From Thermoanaerobaculia bacterium (lineage in GTDB: Bacteria; Acidobacteriota; Thermoanaerobaculia; UBA5066), in assembly GCA_963719225.1 (NCBI GenBank), contig CAVRAY010000002.1, positions 384,001 to 448,000 of the forward strand: a stretch of DNA of 64,000 nucleotides, written 5' to 3'. The notes beneath the pieces were generated by a model. That model saw only the letters and a program-made list of their open reading frames with translations, was not told the DNA's origin and did not search any database. A program made the translations under genes and the position numbers. This document shows positions 10,400-18,700 of the stretch, piece by piece. Positions within the stretch are counted from its first letter, which is position 1. The number at the start of each line of letters is the position of its first letter.

Positions 10400-11020
10400 A
10401 TGGCAACGCGACGAACGCTTCGGCGACTTCTTCTGGCCGCGCTCCCCTCCGTCCTTTCCTTCGCGCTTTCCGCCCCGGCCGTGAACCAGCCGCACGAGGA
10501 GTTCGCGACGGGAGACGTTCGCGCCGCGTCTGACGCGTCCCCGGAGCATCTCCTCGAGACCACGCTTCGGATGCCCGCGTACCGCCTCTGGGCGAAGGCG
10601 GGCTTCGGCGGCCCGCCGCTCGAGCTCGCGGCGTGGGTTCTCTCCGTGGACGCAAGTCACGTGCGCTGGCAGGCCTGGCCGGACGGGCGCCAGCACCTTC
10701 AGGCGCACTGGAGGGGACCGGTCCCGGCCGAGGCGGTCGCGATCGTGCATACACATCCGGCCGTGGTGGACCCGAAACCCTCGCCGCAGGACATCGTGAC
10801 CGCACGCCGCCTTGGCATCCCCGTCTACACCGTATCCCGCACGGGAATCTGGAAAGCCGGCCCGGACGGGCTGGTCGTGGCGGTCGAGGACGCGCATTGG
10901 TGGGCCGGCTGCCGCTCGGGTGCGTGCGACGAGCCGGAGCGCGATCCGGAATTCCGGAGCGCGCGCGCCGGTGGCGACTTCGAAACCTCGAGCCGGAATC
11001 CGCGTATCGCTGAGAGATGA
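10400..11020 (+). CDS. Exported JAB/MPN-like (JAMM) metalloprotein
   Basis: Signal-like N-terminus (MATRRTLRRLLLAALPSVLSFALSA), upstream Glu (ELAAWV), AIVHTHP-x-PSPQD motif; ATGA overlap with the regulator gene. Confidence 0.65.
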   Translation: MATRRTLRRLLLAALPSVLSFALSAPAVNQPHEEFATGDVRAASDASPEHLLETTLRMPAYRLWAKAGFGGPPLELAAWVLSVDASHVRWQAWPDGRQHLQAHWRGPVPAEAVAIVHTHPAVVDPKPSPQDIVTARRLGIPVYTVSRTGIWKAGPDGLVVAVEDAHWWAGCRSGACDEPERDPEFRSARAGGDFETSSRNPRIAER

Positions 11021-11799
11021 AAGGCACGATTCGGACCCTCGTCGTGGACGACGAGCCTCTGGCGCGGGAAAGACTGCGCAGCCTCCTGGCCGAGGAGCCG
11101 GAGATCGAGATCGTGGGCGAGTGCGGCGACGGCTGTCAGGCCGTTCTCGCGATCGAGGAGCTCAAGCCCGATCTCGTCTTCCTCGACGTCCAGGTGCCGA
11201 ACCTCGACGGGTTTCACATCCTCGAAAGCGTCGGCGCCGATCGCATCCCGGCGGTCATCTTCGTCACGGCGTACGACCAGTACGCGCTGCGCGCGTTCGA
11301 GGTGCGAGCCGTGGACTACGTCCTGAAGCCGTTCGGCCGCGAACGGCTCCACCAGGCGCTCGAGAAGGCCCGCGCGCAGATCACGCGCGAGAAATCGAGC
11401 GACCTCTCGGGGCAGCTCGTTGCGCTCCTCGAGGAGATGCGCCCGCCGCAGCAGCGGTACCTGAAGCGCATCATGATCAAGGAGAGCGGACGGCTCTTCT
11501 TCCTGAGGACCGCGGACATCGACTGGGTCGAGGCTTCCGGAAACTACGTCAGGCTCCACGTTGGCGCCGAGTCCCATCTCCTGCGAGAAACGATGAACGG
11601 GCTCGAAGGCCGCCTCGACCCGGAGCGGTTCCTGAGAATCCACCGCTCCACGATCGTGAACATCGAGCGCATCAAGGAGCTGCAGCCGTGGTTCCACGGG
11701 GACTACATCGTGATCCTCCGCGACGACCGCCAGCTCACGATGAGCGCGAGCTACCGCGAGAAGCTCGACGAGCTGCGCGGCCGGACGCTCGCCTCCTGA
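11017..11799 (+). CDS. LytTR-family response regulator
   Basis: VVDDEPLAR, FLDVQVP, FVTAYDQYA, DYVLKP, RIHRSTIVN. Confidence 0.95.
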   Translation: MKGTIRTLVVDDEPLARERLRSLLAEEPEIEIVGECGDGCQAVLAIEELKPDLVFLDVQVPNLDGFHILESVGADRIPAVIFVTAYDQYALRAFEVRAVDYVLKPFGRERLHQALEKARAQITREKSSDLSGQLVALLEEMRPPQQRYLKRIMIKESGRLFFLRTADIDWVEASGNYVRLHVGAESHLLRETMNGLEGRLDPERFLRIHRSTIVNIERIKELQPWFHGDYIVILRDDRQLTMSASYREKLDELRGRTLAS

Positions 11800-11830
11800 C
11801 GCCTCTCGTTCCGACACAAGGAGGTCCGAC

Positions 11831-12499
11831 ATGAACGATCGCCGGAGGTTGGCCGGCTTTTTCCTGGCCGCGTTTCTCGTCGCCGGGGCTTCGGACGCCG
11901 CCGGCGCCCCTGCCGGCTACACCCGCAACGTGGCGATCGTCCTCTACGAGGGCGTCGAGATCCTGGACTTCGCGGGCCCCACGGAGGTCTTCCAGTCTGC
12001 GTCGGGATTCGGCGAGGCTGAGGTGACGCTGACCGTCTGCACGGGCGTGTTCGCCCTGGCGAAGACTCCCCTCGTGGAGGGAAAGGCGATCACGACGTGG
12101 TACGGCGCCCTCGAGAACCTGAAGAAGGCGGCGCCGCTCTCGACCGTCCAGGCCGGGCGCCGCTTCATCGACAACGACCGGTTCGTCACGACGGCGGGAG
12201 TCTCCGCGGGGATCGACGGGTCCCTCCACCTCGTCGCGCGCCTTCTCGGTCGGGCGATCGCCGACCGTACGGCACGCTACATGGAGTACCACTGGACCCC
12301 CGAGGCCTACCTCTCCGAGCGCTACCAGCTCCTCAATCCGAGCACGGACGCGCGCGGGCGCTCCCTCCAGCTCGCGCAGATTCACGTGGACGAAGGACGC
12401 GCCGAAGAAGCCGCGCGGATCTGCCGCGATCTGCTCGCGAAGAATCCGAAAGACGCCTCGGCTGCGGCGATCCTCGCCTCCATCGATCGAAAGAGCTGA
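11831..12499 (+). CDS. DJ-1/PfpI-family protein with signal peptide and C-terminal TPR; apparent in-frame internal deletion
   Basis: AAGGAGG RBS, EILDFAGPTEVF, VCTG, TTAGVSAGIDG, ARYMEY. The central D-x-x-VPGG segment is missing. Confidence 0.75.
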   Translation: MNDRRRLAGFFLAAFLVAGASDAAGAPAGYTRNVAIVLYEGVEILDFAGPTEVFQSASGFGEAEVTLTVCTGVFALAKTPLVEGKAITTWYGALENLKKAAPLSTVQAGRRFIDNDRFVTTAGVSAGIDGSLHLVARLLGRAIADRTARYMEYHWTPEAYLSERYQLLNPSTDARGRSLQLAQIHVDEGRAEEAARICRDLLAKNPKDASAAAILASIDRKS

Positions 12500-12533
12500 C
12501 GAAAACGCGTCCGGATTTCCGGAGGAGAAGGGT

Positions 12534-12582
12534 CTCCGTCAGCGGCCCGGTGCCCTCCGTCCCCGGCCGGGGAGCGCCCGTC
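12534..12582 (+). promoter_or_regulatory. Triple direct repeat with 21-bp period (LytTR-type operator) upstream of TonB receptor 3
   Basis: CTCCGTC 12534, CTCCGTC 12555, GCCCGTC 12576. Confidence 0.55.
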
Positions 12583-12675
12583 ACAACACCCGTGTTCGTA
12601 GGGTTCCGCGAACGCACTCTCCACCACACGACCCGAATCCTGCAGAGGTTCGGTCGCCTTGGGAGGAGGGGTGCG

Positions 12676-15600
12676 ATGCGCCATTCACGATGTCCTTTCC
12701 TGATCCTCGTCATCGCGTTCTGCGCGGCGTTCTCGGCCGTCGCGCAGACCACCGGCGACCTCGAGGGCACCGTCGCCGACCAGAACGGGGCGCCGCTCCC
12801 CGGCGTCTCGGTGGAGCTCAAGTCGCCGCAGCTCCAGGGCACGAGAACCGCCGTGACCGACACCGCTGGCCGGTACCGCTTTCCGGTCCTCTCCCCGGGC
12901 GTCTATTCCGTCACCGCGCAGCTGTCGGGCTTCGCGAAGGTGGAGCGCGCGGGGCTGAAGGTCTCGCTCGGCGCGACGACCACGATTCCGATCACGATGA
13001 GCATCTCCGTCAAGGAAGAGATCGTCGTGACCTCGGAGGCGCCGGCGGTCGACACCTCGAAGACGACGATCGGGACGACGGCGTCCCTCGACTCCATCCA
13101 GAGGCTGCCGCTCGGGCGGAACTTCGCGTCCATCGCGAGCACGGTCGCCGGGACCGGGACGGACATCTCCGGGAACGTCACCGTGTACGGGGCCACGGGC
13201 CTCGAGAACGCCTACATCATCGACGGCGTCAACACGACGGGCGTGAAGACGGGAACCCAGGCCAAGCAGCTCAACAACGAGTTCATCCAGGAAGTCGAGG
13301 TCAAGACCGGAGGCTACGAAGCCGAGTACGGCCGCGTTCTCGGAGGCACGATCAACGTCGTGACGAAGTCCGGCGGAAACGAGTTCCGGGGCGACGCTTT
13401 CGGCTACTACGATTCCGGATCTCTCGCGTCGAGCGACAGGCGCACGGCCGACCGGAGCGCCGCGAACCAGGGTGAGTTCTTCTCGCCGAAACGCCTCGAC
13501 ATCGGCGCGGATCTCGGCGGCTACTTCGTGAAGGACCGGCTCTGGTTCTTCGGAGCCTACGACCGCGTGAACCAGGACCAGGACTACACGCGCACGCTCG
13601 CGGTGCTTCGCGACGCGGCCCAGACGAAGGTCCAGACCTCGAACACCGACACGTACCGAAACAACCTCTACTCGGGAAAGCTCACGTTCCGCCTCGGGGA
13701 GTCGAACACCATCGCGGCTTCCATCTTCGGCGATCCCGGGACGTTCAGCGGGCGCTACGACCTGACGCAGATCTCCGTCATGATCGGCTCGGACGGCGCC
13801 TGGCTCGTCGACCGGAACGTCGGCGGCTCCGACTTCTCAGGTCGCTGGGACGGCCTCTTCGGCACGAAGTTCCTCGGGCAGGCGCAGGTCGGCTACCACA
13901 CGGAGAAAAGGCAGGACTCCAGTCCGCTCTCCGGCGTGCCGTACCTCGAGAAACAGCAGGCGGGCTTCCCCACGGAGTCGCTCCCCGGCTCCGGCCCCGT
14001 CTTTCTCGAAGACTCGAAATTCCAGCGCTACGTGTACCGGGCCTCCGGGACCCTGTTCGTGGGACCGCACGAGCTCAAGGCCGGCCTCGACTGGGAGCAC
14101 CTGAACTCGGACTTTTCGGAATCGTACGGCGGGACTGACCGGATCCGGACGCGGCTGACGGCGGCTGGAGCGCTGAACAACTACCAGCACCGCTATTTCG
14201 CCAAGACGCCCCTCTCCGGCGCGAACTGCCTCGGTCTCCTCGACCCGAGCGGTCCGGCGGCCTTCCCGAACTGCACCGGATACGCGATCGCGCCGACCGT
14301 CGACAACAACCCGATCACCGACAACGTCGGCCTCTTCGCGCAGGACTCCTTCAAGGTCCTCAAGAACCTCACGATCAACGCCGGGGTCCGCTACGAGCAG
14401 CAGCGCCTCAAGGACTTCACGGGCACGACGCTCGTGAAGATCGACGACGAGTGGTCGCCGCGCCTCGGTATCGTGTGGGACTTCGCCGGGAACGGCAGGA
14501 CGAAGCTCTACGCGAACTACGGCCGCTTCTACGAGGTCATTCCGCAGGACATCCAGACCCGCGCGCTCGGCAACGAGTTCATCATCTTCGCGCGCAACTC
14601 GAGCCCGACGGCGGACCCGGTCGACCTCTTCCTCGGCGCTCCCATCGTGCAGGGGGGCGAGCTCGTCCAGAACAACCTCAAGGGCATGTACCAGGACGAG
14701 ATCATCGGCGGCGTGGAAGTCGAGATCGCCAAGAACTGGGCGATCGGCATCAAGGGCATCTACCGCGGTCTCGGCCGCGTCGTCGAGGACCGCTGCGATC
14801 TCGCGATCAACCCCGACATCGCGCAGTACTTCAACCCCTCGAGTCCCGCGACCTGCGCTCTCATCAATCCCGGGCAGGGAGACGCGCTCGGGACGATCAA
14901 GGATCCTTTCGACACGACGTGCTACCCGAACGGCGAGACGGACGCGGCGGGCAACCTCGTCGCCGGGGCGCCGTGCGACTCCACGCAGCCGCGCCGTTAT
15001 TTCCGCGGCCTCGAGGTGACCGCGACGCACCGCTTCTCGAACAGCTTCTACCTCCTCGCGTCGTACCTCTACTCGAAGCTCGAGGGGAATTACTCGGGCA
15101 ACCTCTCGCAGACACGTGAGGGCGGCCAGGCGGATCCGAACATCAACGCCGACTTCGACTACCCCGGCCTCGTCACGAACGCCTCCGGCCGGCTGCGCAA
15201 CGACCGCACGCATCAATTCAAGGTTTCCGGCTACTACGCGTTCCCCTTCGGCCTGACGGTGGGCGCGAACGCCTTCTACAACACGGGCCGCCCGTACTCG
15301 ATCCGCGGCTGTGCGTCGGACGCGGTCGCGTGCAACGCCGGGTACAGCCAGGAGGGCTACCTCGTGCCGCGCGGCTCGGCGGGCGATCTTCCCGCGGCTT
15401 ACGAGGCCGACCTGCACCTCGAATACGCCTTGCGCTTCGGCAACGTCTCCGTCACGCCCATCGTCGACATCTTCAACCTCCTCGACCGGCAGGGCGTCCT
15501 GAGCCGTGAGGAGCTCTTCAACAACACCGGCGCGACCGCCGCGAACGACCCGCGGAGCGGCATCGGCCAGCCCGGGTGCACGGCGCAGAACGCGAGCCTG

Positions 15601-15696
15601 ACGAACGCCGCGTGCGCCTCGAATCCCACGTACACGAAGGACATCGGGTGGCAGAACCCGCGGGTGCTCCGTCTCGGCGCCCGCGTGTCTTTCTGA
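12676..15696 (+). CDS. TonB-dependent receptor, Oar-like
   Basis: GGAGGAGG RBS before ATG 12676; signal peptide MRHSRCPFLILVIAFCAAFSAVAQ; EVKTGGYEAEYG..GG.INVVTKSGGN; terminal ARVSF. Confidence 0.93.
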   Translation: MRHSRCPFLILVIAFCAAFSAVAQTTGDLEGTVADQNGAPLPGVSVELKSPQLQGTRTAVTDTAGRYRFPVLSPGVYSVTAQLSGFAKVERAGLKVSLGATTTIPITMSISVKEEIVVTSEAPAVDTSKTTIGTTASLDSIQRLPLGRNFASIASTVAGTGTDISGNVTVYGATGLENAYIIDGVNTTGVKTGTQAKQLNNEFIQEVEVKTGGYEAEYGRVLGGTINVVTKSGGNEFRGDAFGYYDSGSLASSDRRTADRSAANQGEFFSPKRLDIGADLGGYFVKDRLWFFGAYDRVNQDQDYTRTLAVLRDAAQTKVQTSNTDTYRNNLYSGKLTFRLGESNTIAASIFGDPGTFSGRYDLTQISVMIGSDGAWLVDRNVGGSDFSGRWDGLFGTKFLGQAQVGYHTEKRQDSSPLSGVPYLEKQQAGFPTESLPGSGPVFLEDSKFQRYVYRASGTLFVGPHELKAGLDWEHLNSDFSESYGGTDRIRTRLTAAGALNNYQHRYFAKTPLSGANCLGLLDPSGPAAFPNCTGYAIAPTVDNNPITDNVGLFAQDSFKVLKNLTINAGVRYEQQRLKDFTGTTLVKIDDEWSPRLGIVWDFAGNGRTKLYANYGRFYEVIPQDIQTRALGNEFIIFARNSSPTADPVDLFLGAPIVQGGELVQNNLKGMYQDEIIGGVEVEIAKNWAIGIKGIYRGLGRVVEDRCDLAINPDIAQYFNPSSPATCALINPGQGDALGTIKDPFDTTCYPNGETDAAGNLVAGAPCDSTQPRRYFRGLEVTATHRFSNSFYLLASYLYSKLEGNYSGNLSQTREGGQADPNINADFDYPGLVTNASGRLRNDRTHQFKVSGYYAFPFGLTVGANAFYNTGRPYSIRGCASDAVACNAGYSQEGYLVPRGSAGDLPAAYEADLHLEYALRFGNVSVTPIVDIFNLLDRQGVLSREELFNNTGATAANDPRSGIGQPGCTAQNASLTNAACASNPTYTKDIGWQNPRVLRLGARVSF

Positions 15697-15719
15697 GATC
15701 GAAGAGACCTCCTGAACAC

Positions 15720-15750
15720 GGGGCCGGCCCGGCGGCCGGCCCCCCCTTTT
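15720..15750 (+). terminator. Rho-independent terminator between convergent genes
   Basis: GGGGCCGGCC-CGGC-GGCCGGCCCC followed by CCCTTTT. Confidence 0.7.
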
Positions 15751-15756
15751 CGGGCT

Positions 15757-18700
15757 TCACTTCGGCAGGTCGACGATCGCGAACCGCCCCTCGAGGTCCG
15801 CGACGAAGAGGCGGCTCTTGGGAAGGAGCGCGAGGCCCGAGGGCTTCTCGAACTTCTGGCCCTCCGGCTGGTCCTTTCCCTTGAGCGTCGTGACGAGCCG
15901 GCCTTCGTTCGTGTAGGCGCGAATTTCGCCGGCGAGAGGCACCGAGACCCACAGGAGTCCCTTCGAATCGACCGCGAGGTACGGCTCGGACATGACCTCG
16001 CGCCGCCAGCCGGGGACGTCGAAGGCGCGCAGGAACCCCCCGTTGCGGTCGAAGACCACGATGCGGCCGTTTCCGTTGTCGGCGACGTAGACGTTACCGT
16101 CCTTTCCGGCGGCGATTCCCTGCGGGTCGGCGAGCTTGCCGGGCTCCGTCGTTCCCCACTCGGCCTCTTTGTGTCCGAAGCCGTCGAAGCGGACGACGCG
16201 CCCGTTCCCCGTGTCCGCGACGAAGACCGAGCCGGCCGCGTCCACGGCGATCCCGCGCGGTCCGAAGAAGCCGCCGGCCCATTCGCGCAGCCAGGTGCCC
16301 TTCTCGTCGAAGACCTGTACGCGGCCGTTCCACGTGTCGGCCACGAAGACGAGACCCGACGGGCTCACCGCCACGCCGCACGGATCGTTGAATTGTCCGG
16401 GCCCGCTGCCACGCGTTCCGAGCGCCAGGAGGAAGACCCCGTCCGGTCCGAAGAGCTGCACTCTCTGGTTTCCGAAGTCCGCGACCCAGACGCGCCCGCG
16501 AGCGTCCGATGCCGCCCCGCGCGGCTGGCGCACGCGGCCCGCGGCGTCGGCCGGCGGCGAGGGAGTCGCCTGCTCTTTTCGCGGCGCGGAGGGAAGCTCC
16601 TCCACGCGCACCGGCGCCGCCGCGACGCCCGGCGCGAAGACGCCCTTCACCGCGAAGAGGACCATCTCCGGATTCCGGTAGACGGGCGTGAGGAGATCCG
16701 TCCACGACTCGAACCGCGCCAGATTTCCGCCGGCGTAGATCCGGCGTTCGAGGTTCCCGACGGCCACGAGGGCCACGTGGTACCTCAGGAGGATCCGCCT
16801 CACGGCTTCCTCCTCGGCGAGGGTGTACGCCGCCGTGACGTCCGCCTTGCGGCGGTCGATCTCGGGCTGCGCGTGGCCGCGCTGGAACACGTGGTAGTCC
16901 CATCCCAGGACGGTGGGAAGCCCCGTATTCATCGAGAGGCGGGTGAAGTCCTGGTACGACGGGCCCTGCGCCTCGAGGAGCACGGGCAGACCCTTTACGT
17001 TCTCGTTGATCCACTCGATCGCCCCGCGGTCGGAGGGGTTCTGCTTCTCGAGATAGGCCGTCCCGTCCAGGGTGAAGCGCGGCCAGCCGCCACGGTCGAG
17101 CCGTAGGAACCCCGCGAACGCCGTGACGGTCGTGTACAGGGCAGCGAAGCCCGCGAGGACGATCGCAGCGCGCCAGGCGATCGATTTCGAAGCCCGGAAC
17201 GTCTCCCAGGCGAGAGCTCCCGCGAGGGAGAAGAGAAGCCACGTCTCGAAGTGGAACTTGAAGATCGTGTTCATCCGGTCCCACACGTAGATGACCTCGC
17301 AGCCCGTCAGGATCGCGAAGCCGAACGCGGTGAGCGCGAGAGCGGGACGCAGGCGGTCATCGGTCGGCCGGCGGAGCGCCGCGAGGAGGGTGACGAGGAA
17401 GGCGACCGCCGTGAAGAAACCCGAGGACGGCGTCTCGGCGAGCCGTGGCGGATGGAGAGACAAGGACACGAGGGAGAGCGGGAGGGCGACCGCCGCGAGG
17501 ACGAGGAACGCCTTCGCCGCTCTCCCGACGGGGGCGGCGCTTTGCTTCCAAGCGACGAAGGCGAACGGGACGAGGAGCGCCACGAAGAACGCCCAGACGT
17601 TGAAGAAATCCCAGGGTTGCGCCCAGGGGCCGACCTCGCGCCCCCAGTTCCGCGGCGGGGGCGAGAACCGCGCCCAGAACGGACGCGCGAGGAGCGCCCC
17701 CAGGAGGACGACTCCCGCCGCCGGCAGGAAGACGCGGGCCACGAGTGCCTGGGCCGAGCCGGCGAACCCGGCGGGACGCGTCCCGAGCCAGAGAACTCCG
17801 GGCAGGAAGAGGAGAAGGCACGTGTAGACGGGAATCGACCAGCCGTTCGTGATCTGGAGCGCGGCGAAGAGGAGACCGGAAAGACCGACGAGCGCGATCG
17901 CATGACGGGAAGCGAAAGGAGCCTGCCGGTCGCGTGTGACGAAGAGAAGAAGGGCCGCGACGAAGGCCGCGGTGAAGGGCAGCGCGAAGACGTGCGCGTG
18001 CAGGTCCGCGAAGAGGAAGCTCCAGAACGGGTACTCGTTGATGGCGTTCGGCGCGATGACGCGCGACGTGGCCCAGAAGTAGTGCCAGTCGAGGGCGCGG
18101 CCGGCCTGGCGGAAATGGAAGTCGAACGCCGTCCGCGGTCCGGACGGAGGCGCGAGAAAGAGCGCAAGGAGAACGGCGACCGCGCCGGTGCGAAGGCGGC
18201 CCCCGAGTGCGGCGCCGGCGGCGAGGATCGCGGACGCCGAGAGCGCCGCCGTCATCGCGATCGCGAGGTTGAAGAGGATGCCCGGATGAATGCCGAGGAG
18301 CTTTCCCGCCGCCGCAGCCAGGAAATGGCCGAAATACGTGTACGAGAGCGGCGTGCCGGCGAGCCAGGGCTCGGGCGGAGGAAGCTCCGTGGACCTCAGG
18401 AGCGTGTTCAGGAACGAGAAGTCCATCGGCTTCTCGCCCGAAAAGATCTCCGGGTTCAGGGCGCGCACGGCGAGGAAGAACAGGAACGTGCCCCAGAAGA
18501 CGAGCGCCGTCTTCCGGCGCTCGGGCGTCGGCGTGGCCTCGCGCGCCCGGCGGCGACCGGAGAAGCCGGCGAAAAGGAGCGCGAGAGTCGTGACGGCGAG
18601 AAGTCCGCGCGTGAACGGGGCGACGCGCCACGCGACGAGGAGCCAGGGCACGAACGCGAAGAGGAGGACGCCAGTGACGCGACCGAGAGCCTCCCGCCCC

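Noticed and set aside
15757-15775. Similar 3' ends (DLPK / PLPK, TCACTTCGGCAGG) of the genes ending at 15757 and 51419
   Set aside because: Too short, and the proteins are unrelated; coincidence.
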